DNA from: Escherichia phage vB_EcoS_ESCO40
Sequence record: NC_106514.1
Strand: one strand, 5' to 3'
DNA: 64,000 nucleotides
Shown one piece after another: positions 48,647 to 58,422 of this stretch. Position numbers and translations under genes: made by a program. Every line of letters starts with the position of its first letter. The first letter of the stretch is position 1. The notes below the pieces were generated by a model, which was given only the letters and a program-made list of their open reading frames with translations, did not search any database and was not told the DNA's origin.

Positions 48647-49083
48647 TATAAGAACCTTGCGAATCCTGATTTTATTTCAGTCTTGACTTGTGTCTTTTCT
48701 TGAGGATTCTGTAATTTGTCTTTCTGCTTTTGAACCCACACTTTTTGCTTATTAGCAGAAAATAAAGGAGGTTCTTTTGTGTAAACCTTATGTAATAGTT
48801 GGTGATGGTGTACACAAAGGGTAACAGTGTCTTCTACCAGCTCATGCCTATATCGATCATAGAATGCCGTCCTATTTGAAAGGACTGTTTCTTCGTCAGT
48901 GAAATCCAATTGGAGTTCTTTAGCAAATTTTTTAACTAGTAGAGACACCGTATGGTAATGATGAAGCTCTAATTCTTCAGCACAACCGCAGATAGCACAT
49001 TGAGAGTCTTTTTTATATTGACTTTTTATTCCGTCTCTCATAAGGGATATAGCATCGCGTTTATATTTTATATTGCTTGCCAT
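48646..49083 (-). CDS. HNH-type endonuclease-like zinc-finger protein
   Basis: CAICGC...HHYH...CVHHHQLLH Cys/His cluster; start taken at ATG preceded by GAGGAG (track ORF extends to 49170). Confidence 0.5.
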   Translation of the reverse strand: MASNIKYKRDAISLMRDGIKSQYKKDSQCAICGCAEELELHHYHTVSLLVKKFAKELQLDFTDEETVLSNRTAFYDRYRHELVEDTVTLCVHHHQLLHKVYTKEPPLFSANKQKVWVQKQKDKLQNPQEKTQVKTEIKSGFARFL

Positions 49084-49197
49084 AGTGTTCTCCTCAACTG
49101 TATGAATATAGTATACATAATCGTATCGAATTTGTAAAGGGGATTTTAAAATACAGGAATGGGATACCAACTGAGTAGTATCCCATCCTATACTTAT

Positions 49198-50514
49198 TTA
49201 TTTACCACGGGAAATAGAGTAAATTCCATAGCGGAGCGCATCACAAAGGTGAGAGTTAGCATCATGACGTGGTTTTTCACGTGATAATTTCTCTTCACCT
49301 TCTTGGAAATCCCACTTATAGTTCTGCAGTGCATGGATTAATGAGGAACATGAAGCATCTACAATAATCTTACCCTGTTGGAATAGTGCCTGCAGACATG
49401 CTAGGCCATCTAGGACAGATTTTTTAGCTGGAGCCGATGCGATTTCATGCTCATAAGCTAAGTCCTGTCGGAACTGAGCTGCTGCAGAGTCAACAAAAAT
49501 ACGATCAACTTTATAACGATCTATACAGTGCTGAATATAAGCAGCATGCTGAGCTGTAGTTTTCTCCGCCTGCTGGTACTCTTCTAATACATAGTAAGTA
49601 TCCGTATCGTAATGATATTTAATAGTAAGAACTGCTGTAGGATCACGATAACCAACGTCAATACCAAGCAACGTTTCGAATGCTTCATCATCTTTAAAGA
49701 AGTGACGCATACCTTTGAGGTCTTTAACATGATCGATAGCATTAAAGGTATCAAAGATCTGGCCCTCGAATACAGAGAAGTCAGCCTCGTATTCTTGGCG
49801 GAAGTAGTTTTTACTAACTGTACGGCGTGCTTCCTCAATATCATTCAAGTCAGCACGTGGGTTATCACGATATGTACCATGAATAGATACCCAGTTAGGC
49901 AACGTATCATCAAATCCGTAGGCGTAAAACTCTTTAAACCAGTTACCTCCACGAGGGGTGGAAATAAATAGAGCCTTAGAATTAGGTTTATCCAGAGTAG
50001 GACGCAGCTGAACCCTGAAAGCATCACCACCCACGTCGGAAATTGCCGCTTCGTCAAAGATGATAAAATCATATGAACGTCCAACTGCGGAGTCAGCCTG
50101 CGCCGCAGAAGCTAGTTTGAAGAGCGAGCCGTTTGCCAGCTCAATCTCTTTATCTTTGGCGTTTTCACGTTCGGTTTGTAGGCCATACTTCTTGATAAGA
50201 CCACGAATCTGTGACCAACCAATGTTAGCCAGTGAGTAGTTAGGGGCAACTACTAGTACCTTCACATTAGGTTCCAGCAATTTTAGGAACCCAAGTGTGT
50301 ATGCTATAAAGGACTTGCCTACACGGCGTGATACACACGCCGTTACAAAACGATGTCTAGGGTCTTCTAGGGCATTGATAATTGCTATTTGAGGGCCATT
50401 AGGCGTGATACCCTCTTGTGCTAGTATTCCGGAAACAGGTAAACGAAAGAAACGCTTATCTATTCCGAAATCAATAACATCTACTGTGTTAACATAGGGT
50501 CTTGATACTTCCAT
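49198..50514 (-). CDS. terminase large subunit
   Basis: 438 aa; Walker A-like VSRRVGKS, Walker B FIIFDEAA, C-terminal nuclease-like IDVGYRD. Confidence 0.85.
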   Translation of the reverse strand: MEVSRPYVNTVDVIDFGIDKRFFRLPVSGILAQEGITPNGPQIAIINALEDPRHRFVTACVSRRVGKSFIAYTLGFLKLLEPNVKVLVVAPNYSLANIGWSQIRGLIKKYGLQTERENAKDKEIELANGSLFKLASAAQADSAVGRSYDFIIFDEAAISDVGGDAFRVQLRPTLDKPNSKALFISTPRGGNWFKEFYAYGFDDTLPNWVSIHGTYRDNPRADLNDIEEARRTVSKNYFRQEYEADFSVFEGQIFDTFNAIDHVKDLKGMRHFFKDDEAFETLLGIDVGYRDPTAVLTIKYHYDTDTYYVLEEYQQAEKTTAQHAAYIQHCIDRYKVDRIFVDSAAAQFRQDLAYEHEIASAPAKKSVLDGLACLQALFQQGKIIVDASCSSLIHALQNYKWDFQEGEEKLSREKPRHDANSHLCDALRYGIYSISRGK

Positions 50515-50996
50515 TACTTTTTACCTCCAGTAGCTAGGGAAGTAATTAAGTCCATGTAGTTTTGGTCCCCAGCTCCAGCAATAATGTTATTCTGGATATT
50601 GGTCTGATTAGCAGGAGCACGGACAGCAGCTTTAGCTTTCTCTAACTCTACCATCATCTTCATTTCTTCCATCTTCATTTTGTGTGCCTTCCAGAGAATA
50701 TCCATAATATCTTGGTCAGAACCCATGCCAGTTTCTTCTAGCTCTTCTAGCTTACGCTTAATAACCTCATCTAGAACACCAAATAAACGATCCCTATTAC
50801 GGAATCCACTCTCCATAAAAATATCGTTTAAGTAGTTCTTAACTTCACTACGATTCATAATATCTCGAAAAGCAATTTCGGACATTCCAAGGCTACGTGC
50901 GGCAGAAGGCACATCGCTACCACACTGTAAATAAGCTTCAATCACATCCATCCCTTCAGGGGACATAAGATCTGGTACTAATACATCATTTGCCAT
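50514..50996 (-). CDS. putative terminase small subunit / DNA-binding protein
   Basis: 160 aa immediately upstream of terminase large subunit; HTH-like [16 protein letters not shown]. Confidence 0.4.
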   Translation of the reverse strand: MANDVLVPDLMSPEGMDVIEAYLQCGSDVPSAARSLGMSEIAFRDIMNRSEVKNYLNDIFMESGFRNRDRLFGVLDEVIKRKLEELEETGMGSDQDIMDILWKAHKMKMEEMKMMVELEKAKAAVRAPANQTNIQNNIIAGAGDQNYMDLITSLATGGKK

Positions 50997-51006
50997 ATTT
51001 CCTCCT

Positions 51007-52764
51007 TTAGGTAAGGCGCTGAACTGTTACTCTTAATCTAGGTAGGAAAACTGCGCTACCCAAACTCACGTGCATAACTACTCCTAACTCTACATTTCCA
51101 TTTCCTAAATTTTTAACAGTGTATATAAAACTGTTCCTACTTAGAGCATTGTTAGGTGTATATCTAAAAGCAGATGTAGTATGAAAAGGTACTAGATAAC
51201 CCACAGGTAGCGTTAAAATCTGGTGGAATATTGCATCTCCATTACTATAACTATGCGCTTTTCTTCCTTGTACTTGAAACACACCATTATTCCATGTATT
51301 AGCTGGAACACCCGCACAATTAAGATTACCTGATATAACTTCAGTAGTAAGAATTACTGTAGCATTTCCGCCTGGTATACCTAGCCCAATAGTTGATAAA
51401 CCAACGTATCTGTCCCCAGTTCCTGGATAGTGGGGTGTAATATCATCTCCCATATAAGAACTACCTACATTTCCACTAAAAAGTCGAAGTGGAACTGCTG
51501 ATGGTCCCCAAACAACCCCATGTTCATTACCAATAGTATTATTATTTGAGTTTACGTACCATTGTTTACCGGCCCCAAATTTATAAATGCTAATCTGTGA
51601 TTTAGCTCCCCCATAATCTACAGGAGACCACAACCCTCCGTTACTAGATCCTACAAGTTCACACCTTGCAGTGGTGTCCCCAAAAACCCCAGTATACGCT
51701 GCGTTATTCCCTATATACTCCATATCAGGACGATAACCTAGGTTACCAAAGGCATTCTGATTTATAAATTTATATCCGGTATTAGGGAGACTTACCCCTT
51801 TAATTATGAAATTAGAAGGAGATATAAGAATATCAGAACCAGTAAAGGGATTGCCGGAAATACTCATTCCACCATTAGAGTACCTTAAATTAAGAACATA
51901 CCAAATAACCTTAGTAGGAGTTATATTATACCAGTCCTGTAGTATTGTAGAGTCACCCGACTGGTTGGCCAGATTAGTAGTAGATCCCCTACAAACAAAT
52001 CTGTTCCCGCCGTCGTGGTACATAGTATTTACACTACCTGGGAGCCCTTGCCTAACCCCACCATACCCACGTATATTAGAATTACAAACATAAAACCAAT
52101 CATGCCCTCTATGCGCTGCCCCTAGGGGTGACATCCATCCAGGATCCCAATAGTACTGGTTATTCCCATCTACAGGTACTGTGCTACTATTAGTAGGAAA
52201 ACCTAATTGTGCAAAGGCTTCTGCAACAGTAACACCTACAGGAGCTCCCGCACCGGGCCTAACTATACCATGGTATGTACTATGTAACGTAGTACCCCCT
52301 GTGCCACTCCTAGAGATAGATTCTTCGTGCCCTATCGAGGGATTATAATTATAAGTTCCAGATGCTAGACTATTACCGAAGGCAAATCCACTGGTTTGAG
52401 AAACACTAGCAAAAGATCTAAAGGGATCTGCCTGGGTGGCAACTATAGTTTGACCAACTTTACTCTGAGTACCATTAAGAAAAGCTCTGTGAGTACCATT
52501 AATTTCAATAGCAGTTAGTATAACTCTACCAGGATCGTTAGATTTAATATTTACTATATCAGAAGGCATTTGACATACAAAAAACCCATTCCCGGCATTG
52601 CCTAATCCTGCCTCATAAGTACCATCAACTAGAACAAATGGCATATCACTATGAAAAATACTATTATTGTTTGGACTATAGTGACGATTAATGTCACCAC
52701 CAGATTCAGTATTTAAAGATAGTACGGTCTTACCATCGCTATATTTTCCAGCGAAAAAACCCAT
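51007..52764 (-). CDS. receptor-binding tail protein (pb5-like)
   Basis: 585 aa, Gly/Asn/Ser-rich; N-terminus MGFFAGK and C-terminus VQRLT resemble T5 pb5 as recalled; divergent from the lipoprotein gene. Confidence 0.7.
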   Translation of the reverse strand: MGFFAGKYSDGKTVLSLNTESGGDINRHYSPNNNSIFHSDMPFVLVDGTYEAGLGNAGNGFFVCQMPSDIVNIKSNDPGRVILTAIEINGTHRAFLNGTQSKVGQTIVATQADPFRSFASVSQTSGFAFGNSLASGTYNYNPSIGHEESISRSGTGGTTLHSTYHGIVRPGAGAPVGVTVAEAFAQLGFPTNSSTVPVDGNNQYYWDPGWMSPLGAAHRGHDWFYVCNSNIRGYGGVRQGLPGSVNTMYHDGGNRFVCRGSTTNLANQSGDSTILQDWYNITPTKVIWYVLNLRYSNGGMSISGNPFTGSDILISPSNFIIKGVSLPNTGYKFINQNAFGNLGYRPDMEYIGNNAAYTGVFGDTTARCELVGSSNGGLWSPVDYGGAKSQISIYKFGAGKQWYVNSNNNTIGNEHGVVWGPSAVPLRLFSGNVGSSYMGDDITPHYPGTGDRYVGLSTIGLGIPGGNATVILTTEVISGNLNCAGVPANTWNNGVFQVQGRKAHSYSNGDAIFHQILTLPVGYLVPFHTTSAFRYTPNNALSRNSFIYTVKNLGNGNVELGVVMHVSLGSAVFLPRLRVTVQRLT

Positions 52765-52789
52765 ATAATCTCCTATTATAAAAATGTAT

Positions 52790-52818
52790 TTGCTTTCATC
52801 CCTCTATTTTGCTATAAT
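52790..52818 (+). promoter_or_regulatory. T5-type early promoter (P9)
   Basis: TTGCTT-17 bp-TATAAT then AGACTCATAAATTAGAAATGGAGAG. Confidence 0.75.
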
Positions 52819-52849
52819 AGACTCATAAATTAGAAATGGAGAGATAAAT

Positions 52850-53116
52850 ATGAAAAAGTTTGTAATTGCACTAGTTGCCACAGTTATGTTATCTGGTTGT
52901 GCACCTGCTCCCAAACCATTTTGTACGGGATTTGTAAAATCTTTTGGCGGTGCGGGAGAAGAACATTACGGTCTCAAGGTTCAAAAAGTTCGTATTAAGG
53001 GAGATCGCTTTCCAGTAGTACAGCTCCGTACTAAATTTGGGTGGTGGGATCTCAGTCAGTTTGACCTTAAATATGGTGATTGTAAATTTAAACTAGAGCA
53101 ATCTAATTACCTGTAA
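52850..53116 (+). CDS. llp: lipoprotein, Llp-like (receptor-blocking superinfection exclusion)
   Basis: Signal peptide with lipobox MLSGC; divergent arrangement next to the receptor-binding protein gene. Confidence 0.7.
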   Translation: MKKFVIALVATVMLSGCAPAPKPFCTGFVKSFGGAGEEHYGLKVQKVRIKGDRFPVVQLRTKFGWWDLSQFDLKYGDCKFKLEQSNYL

Positions 53117-53291
53117 TTAGTATAAAGCAAAAATACATCCAAGTAAACTAAATTTTTTATTTCTTGGATGGTATACTGGCAGAAAACACTATATAAAAAA
53201 GTAGAAGTCCTTCTAGGAGTTCACAGGCACGGTCGGTTATGCACAAATTGTAGAATATTTTAAATACCACACTTATAGGAGCATGAAAGAT

Positions 53292-53420
53292 ATGTCAAAC
53301 AAAAGAAAGAGCAGGCGTGGAGAAGTGTATGAAAGTTGGATAAATAGTTTTGGGTTCGGAACTATCCTATTCTTTATTTTCGTAGGTTTTTGGTTGGCAG
53401 CTATGGCGGGGTGGATTTAA
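53292..53420 (+). CDS. small membrane protein (42 aa)
   Basis: ATG 10 nt after AGGAG; basic N-terminus then one hydrophobic helix (FGTILFFIFVGFWLAAMAGW); not in the ORF track because it is under 60 aa. Confidence 0.45.
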   Translation: MSNKRKSRRGEVYESWINSFGFGTILFFIFVGFWLAAMAGWI

Positions 53421-53527
53421 TGGAATGGGTAATTATTGCACTGCTAGGGGTTGTTATTATCGGACAATGTATTTTAGATAATCACTTAGCTAGAATTGAA
53501 ACTTTACTAACGGAGAAACGTAAATGA
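53420..53527 (+). CDS. small membrane protein (35 aa)
   Basis: Start overlaps upstream stop (TAATG); hydrophobic helix WVIIALLGVVIIGQCIL. Confidence 0.4.
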   Translation: MEWVIIALLGVVIIGQCILDNHLARIETLLTEKRK

Positions 53528-53718
53528 TGGAAGTAGTAGCTACACTAATAGTAATACTAGTCTGGGCAACTTTCATTGTTTCTTATAACGCGTATGTTCG
53601 CCTAAAAACTCTAGAGGCTCAAGTAAAACAGCAACAATTTGCTATAGAAAAATTAGTAGAACTCCAACGTTGTGATAGTACCCGTATTCTGCAAATTGAG
53701 AGGGAATTAGATGTTTAG
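53524..53718 (+). CDS. small membrane protein (64 aa)
   Basis: Start overlaps upstream stop (ATGA); hydrophobic helix VVATLIVILVWATFIV then charged coiled-coil-like tail. Confidence 0.5.
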   Translation: MMEVVATLIVILVWATFIVSYNAYVRLKTLEAQVKQQQFAIEKLVELQRCDSTRILQIERELDV

Positions 53719-53950
53719 TATTATAGTTGCTTTTATTATCGGGATAATCGCGGGAGTTTTCGGAATGACTGCGGCTATTAACAAGCATCGTAAGTATACT
53801 GCGGAAGTATCGCGGGAGATTGCGGAAAGAGAGCGAAAGTTTGACGAGAAACGTGCGGAGTTTGACGAGAAACGTGCGGAGTTTGAGCGGGAGTGGAATG
53901 ATGGTTCAAGAAGTTCTCGGAGGAGATTCAAGATAAATGGCAAATCATAA
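53711..53950 (+). CDS. small membrane protein (79 aa)
   Basis: Hydrophobic helix IIVAFIIGIIAGVFGMTAAI then charged tail with duplicated FDEKRAE. Confidence 0.5.
   Translation: MFSIIVAFIIGIIAGVFGMTAAINKHRKYTAEVSREIAERERKFDEKRAEFDEKRAEFEREWNDGSRSSRRRFKINGKS
53838..53879. repeat. 21-bp direct duplication inside the small membrane-protein gene
   Basis: GTTTGACGAGAAACGTGCGGA occurs twice in tandem. Confidence 0.8.
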
Positions 53951-54434
53951 ACCTCTTCTATCATTAGAAGAATATAAGAAAAAATATGACTATGATCCAG
54001 AGGCAGGTATATTTACTTGGAGTTCAGGGAGTCGTAAAGGTAAACCAGCAGGTAGTAGAAATAGTTCAGGAATATCCCTATCAATGGGTAGTAATGGGTT
54101 GTATAAGGCTCATCGGGTAGCGTATCTATACATGACAGGAGAAGACCCGGGTGAGTTTCTCATTGACCACAAAGATCAAGACCCCTTTAACAATAGATGG
54201 AATAACTTACGTAAAGCAACAAATGCAGAGAATGGAAAAAACTCTTCGGGATGGAAGAATGAGTCTACAGGGGTTAAGGGAGTATATAAACGCGGAGAGG
54301 GAAAGTTCGAAGCAAAACTACGTGTAAATGGTAATAGAATTACCATAGGAACTTTTAAAACTCTTGAGCAGGCTGAAAAAGAACTTAGAAAAGCCAGGGA
54401 GCATTACCACGGTGAGTTTGCAAACCATAATTAA
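53937..54434 (+). CDS. HNH homing endonuclease with AP2-like domain
   Basis: IDHKDQDPFNNRWNNLR HNH motif; GVKGVYKRGEGKFEAKLRVNGNRITIGTF AP2-like segment; paralog of the 19948-20478 product. Confidence 0.8.
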   Translation: MANHKPLLSLEEYKKKYDYDPEAGIFTWSSGSRKGKPAGSRNSSGISLSMGSNGLYKAHRVAYLYMTGEDPGEFLIDHKDQDPFNNRWNNLRKATNAENGKNSSGWKNESTGVKGVYKRGEGKFEAKLRVNGNRITIGTFKTLEQAEKELRKAREHYHGEFANHN

Positions 54435-54554
54435 TTAGCACTAAAATGACTTTTGCCAAATTTCATAAGATTACACATGGAGGTGTGCTCACTGCCTCCG
54501 GCGAAAATACTTAGTCTCCTAACCGCCACCCCCGTTACTATTACTCTGCTAACT

Positions 54555-54591
54555 GTTTCACCCTGCAACCATTTTAATTGCAAGGTGAAAC
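54555..54591. terminator. long hairpin between convergent genes
   Basis: 14-bp stem GTTTCACCCTGCAA/TTGCAAGGTGAAAC (one mismatch) with 9-nt loop; no clear U-tract. Confidence 0.35.
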
Positions 54592-54608
54592 AATTTCAAC
54601 TTTAATTG

Positions 54609-55343
54609 TTAGGCAACTTTTAATTTCTCGATGTACTGTTGCGGGCTGCAACTATATTCTGCGCGTTCTTCCTCGGTCATACTTTCCCAGCATAATTTTA
54701 AACGGTCGGCTAGAAATTGATAATCATTATCATCCTCAAGAGATTCATCAATAAAGGTTTCACCTATCAATGTGACACCGATTGATAGAATATCGTTAAT
54801 AGCTTGCGCGTCCAGCGTTTTAAATCCGTATGATGCCGCCGCTGATAGCACGCCTTTATGATCATCAATCATAGTAAAATCAGCGTTCGGATAAAGCTGT
54901 TTAAATAACTCAAAGTAATGGCTTTTATATATAGCGTCTTTACTGTGGTATATTTCGCTAACTTTATCAGCTTCAAAATATTTGTGCAGTGTATCGCGGG
55001 AAAATACGCGGATATTACTATCCCCACGCCCTCGCAGTCCTTGCTTGCGTAGGTAATAATAATCGGACTTGCTCATCAGTCGAGCGGTGCAGATAATGTT
55101 TAACGTGTTAACGTCATTCATACATTGGCGCATATATGTAACAAGCGGCAAGAGTGTATCTTGCATTATTAAATCGTGTTTACATGCTTCATTCTTGTAC
55201 TTATTTAGATCTAGATTGCCGTCGCTATCAAAGCAAGGCGCTACGCGATGGAATGAATTAACGATAGTGCCATCTAGATCCCAAATCATGACGCGGGAAA
55301 TATGCGGGAAATTACGGGTAATATTCGTTTTAACTTGATTCAT
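54609..55343 (-). CDS. dmp: HAD-family deoxyribonucleoside 5'-monophosphatase-like protein
   Basis: 244 aa; MIWDLDGTI HAD motif I; position next to A2-like and A1-like genes. Confidence 0.6.
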   Translation of the reverse strand: MNQVKTNITRNFPHISRVMIWDLDGTIVNSFHRVAPCFDSDGNLDLNKYKNEACKHDLIMQDTLLPLVTYMRQCMNDVNTLNIICTARLMSKSDYYYLRKQGLRGRGDSNIRVFSRDTLHKYFEADKVSEIYHSKDAIYKSHYFELFKQLYPNADFTMIDDHKGVLSAAASYGFKTLDAQAINDILSIGVTLIGETFIDESLEDDNDYQFLADRLKLCWESMTEEERAEYSCSPQQYIEKLKVA

Positions 55344-55417
55344 TTTGTTACGTTCTCCTTTTAAGGGATTAAATTAAATTAATCCAGCCCACTGGATGGG
55401 CTGGACTATTCCAGCTA

Positions 55418-55813
55418 TCAAAGACCATAAGCCAACGCATCGGCGATGACGGTAATATCCTCGCCCGATACATCGGAACGAATGCCCGCGCATGTAAATA
55501 CCTTCGCACTCATTAGCTGATCATCCAGACAAGCGGGGCAAGGCGCGACAACTGCGAAAGCTAAACCTGATTTTACGGCGTCGATGATAGTCGTTTCCTG
55601 CTTCACTGTGTCAATATAAACGCCTTTCGCCTTGATGCGGCTGGATAGTTTGCCCGTGGTATAGGCGAAAGTCGTGATCTGTAGCGCCTCGTTAAACTCG
55701 ATTAAATCATCGACAACGTGACCGGCCTCAACGTGATACCGCTCACCATTTGAATAAACTAGGACGATGGAAGAACGAGCGCGATCGAATGGAATACGGT
55801 TAGAAATAGCCAT
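55418..55813 (-). CDS. pre-early protein, A2-like
   Basis: 131 aa; assignment by size and position between dmp-like and A1-like genes. Confidence 0.4.
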   Translation of the reverse strand: MAISNRIPFDRARSSIVLVYSNGERYHVEAGHVVDDLIEFNEALQITTFAYTTGKLSSRIKAKGVYIDTVKQETTIIDAVKSGLAFAVVAPCPACLDDQLMSAKVFTCAGIRSDVSGEDITVIADALAYGL

Positions 55814-55885
55814 GTTTATAGCTCCAATTAATTTAATAAACTTTTATAGCGGCTATATTTCAAGCCGCCAACCTGATTTATTGGC

Positions 55886-57559
55886 TTACTGTACAAAAAA
55901 TTTGCCGTTCTTAAAGTCGATCAAAGTGCGCTGGCCGTTCGCATAGGTAATAACATGCGTTTGCGTCCAGCTCGACGCGCCAACGTTATAGCCCATGTCC
56001 AGACTACCAGATACGCCAGCGGTATAAACGCCGCCGTAAATGCTGGCGGTGTGAGTGTGCCCCGTGTTTAATTTGCCCAATTTCTTAAATTGCTTCGGAT
56101 TGCCACGGCTCCCGTTAATGCCATTGTGACCGTGTACACCGCACTCAATGCCTGCAATCTTGAAAGATTGATCAGTGGTCAGGAAAATAGCGTTAAATTC
56201 ACAACCTGCAACCTTGCGCAGCGCATAATCCAGCACGTTGAAAGTATCGTCTTTTTCTGCAATAGCTCCGTAAATCGCAGCATTAAGGCGGTGATATAGT
56301 TCCGCGTTGGCTGGATCGTCTTTAATGTTAGCATTACGATCATCAAGCCAACGGGATAACGCCAGATCATGGTTAGATTCAACAATGATCGTTTGAGCAA
56401 AATCGCGCTCCATTGATTCCAGTACGCGCCCGGTATCGATAAGGTCATCCAGAACTTTATCACGTCCGGCGGCGTATTGTTTTGCTAGGAATACACCAGA
56501 AGCGCGGTTGTGATGATTGCGCGATGTAAAATCATGCACGTCATGCACGAATTGATATTTTGGTTTAAGAATATCAACAAGCCCGTAGGTATCACCATGC
56601 CCCCACGACGCAGCGGCGCACTCCTCATCCAATTTTTCGGCGTGTATGTCGCCATATTGCAAGCCTAAAACATGATCGGACGTTTCAAAGCATCCGGCGG
56701 GAGTGGCGCAAATATTCAAATCGTAAAACATGCCGCTTTCGTCCATCGTTTCAAGCTGGCGAACAAAAAATTCACCGTCCTCGTCAAACTCAACAATCAG
56801 CGCACCAAAATTATGTAGCGCCTCGGCCTTTTGCCCTGCCTTTTGCTGAATGTAGTTTTTGAGCGTTGCCGTTCCGGTCGAGTACATACGGCGCACTACT
56901 TCACCTTTTAAAGCTGGGACGCTTTCGGCGGTGATTTTAGCCGCTCCAATTGCCAGACCTTCCAGATTAAGCGCGGTTGCAGTTTCAGCGAATCCAGAAA
57001 GCGGATAATCTGCAGTTGGTAACACGTTAATCTCAGCCATGAAAGCAAAACGGCGATTATTCAAAAACACGTTTTTATTGCAGATATATTTATCAAACGC
57101 AGAATCATATTTGATTCCGTCCGCGCCCTCACCATTTTGAAAACCGTTTTTATTATAAATATACTTGCTAACCAGCAAATCAGCGCCAATAAATTGGGCA
57201 TATTGTTCAAGCGAGGATAAAAAGTTTTTATGCGGGAAAGTATTATTCTGAATCGATGTAATAATAAAGCGTTTACCTTGTTTTACTTCCCAGCTTTCCA
57301 CCGTGCTAGAAATAACTCCAGCGGCTTCAGGGCGGTCATCGTTTTTAATAGCTTTTACAGTTTTTGCCGCTTTTGGTTTCGCTGGTTTATTTGCTTCCAG
57401 CCAATCACAAATAGCGGTGGAATGCTTTGGAGTATCGTAAACCATTTTAGAAATATCGTCACATACTTCCAATTTAGTGGCGCGCAGACGTTTACCATAG
57501 AAATTAAAGTCAGCGGCCATTTTCAGGATAACGGTTTGTTTTTCTGCGGAAATAATCAT
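55886..57559 (-). CDS. A1: pre-early protein A1-like (metallophosphoesterase-type)
   Basis: 557 aa; calcineurin-like motifs GDIHAE, GHGD, NHD, GHTH in the C-terminal half; position and size match T5 A1. Confidence 0.6.
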   Translation of the reverse strand: MIISAEKQTVILKMAADFNFYGKRLRATKLEVCDDISKMVYDTPKHSTAICDWLEANKPAKPKAAKTVKAIKNDDRPEAAGVISSTVESWEVKQGKRFIITSIQNNTFPHKNFLSSLEQYAQFIGADLLVSKYIYNKNGFQNGEGADGIKYDSAFDKYICNKNVFLNNRRFAFMAEINVLPTADYPLSGFAETATALNLEGLAIGAAKITAESVPALKGEVVRRMYSTGTATLKNYIQQKAGQKAEALHNFGALIVEFDEDGEFFVRQLETMDESGMFYDLNICATPAGCFETSDHVLGLQYGDIHAEKLDEECAAASWGHGDTYGLVDILKPKYQFVHDVHDFTSRNHHNRASGVFLAKQYAAGRDKVLDDLIDTGRVLESMERDFAQTIIVESNHDLALSRWLDDRNANIKDDPANAELYHRLNAAIYGAIAEKDDTFNVLDYALRKVAGCEFNAIFLTTDQSFKIAGIECGVHGHNGINGSRGNPKQFKKLGKLNTGHTHTASIYGGVYTAGVSGSLDMGYNVGASSWTQTHVITYANGQRTLIDFKNGKFFVQ

Positions 57560-57655
57560 AGTAATAAAACTCCATTAAAGGGATTAAAAACGTTTGTTAT
57601 TGGCAATATTGCCAGATATAACGCCGCAAATGAGTGGCGTTATAATTTGCAACAT

Positions 57656-57853
57656 TTAACTAATAGGCATTAGGCTGGCACTAACCCCACAAGCAACGGC
57701 GGCGATTAAGCAAAGTAAACCCAACCGCCTTGCTAAATTAGCCTTGCGTTTAAAATAATATGAATCCAGATCATTTTGAAAATAAGCAAACAATAATGAG
57801 GCGGCCATAATAAATAAGCCTAGAATGAGGGATTCAGTAGGGTAAAAGATCAT
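57656..57853 (-). CDS. small membrane protein (65 aa)
   Basis: Two hydrophobic segments (LILGLFIMAASLLFAYF and LGLLCLIAAVACGVSASLM). Confidence 0.5.
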   Translation of the reverse strand: MIFYPTESLILGLFIMAASLLFAYFQNDLDSYYFKRKANLARRLGLLCLIAAVACGVSASLMPIS

Positions 57854-57909
57854 TTTAAAACTCCAGTCAAAGGGAAATTATAGTGGGGAATAATCCCCAC
57901 TAATTAAAT

Positions 57910-58326
57910 TTATTCGCCAGCGGCTTGTTTTACTTCATCGGCAACGCCTAACAGTTGCGCCACGGCGTCCAGCGTTTCCAATTTTGCACTTTCCAGCGAG
58001 GCCAGATCATCGGCGTCTTTGATAATACCGGAATCGATCGCATGTTTTGCAATAACGCGCACATAATGCGCTTTACGAATGGAACTACCGCCGCCAACCT
58101 TGCGAGGTTTATCGCTTTTCTGATACGCTTTCGCGCTGGTCAATTTTGAGCGAACAGACACGGGAGAAGTCGCGCCAACTGTTTTAGCAATCTCTTTCAG
58201 GCCGTCGCTGTTGGCGAACTCTAATCCATTTTCATTGATTAGCTGTTGATACATAGTAACAGCCTGTTGGGTGTTTTCTTCATTCCATGCGAATTTTGCA
58301 GATTTTTCGGTTTTAACGTTAGCCAT
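57910..58326 (-). CDS. hypothetical protein (138 aa)
   Basis: ORF in the leftward pre-early operon; no motif recognised. Confidence 0.5.
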   Translation of the reverse strand: MANVKTEKSAKFAWNEENTQQAVTMYQQLINENGLEFANSDGLKEIAKTVGATSPVSVRSKLTSAKAYQKSDKPRKVGGGSSIRKAHYVRVIAKHAIDSGIIKDADDLASLESAKLETLDAVAQLLGVADEVKQAAGE

Positions 58327-58422
58327 GATTATAACTCCTATTGAATTAATTTAAGGGATAAGATTAACATAATGTTAATCGTTATATCCCCCGAACTACT
58401 GGGGGATATAAAAGTAACACTA

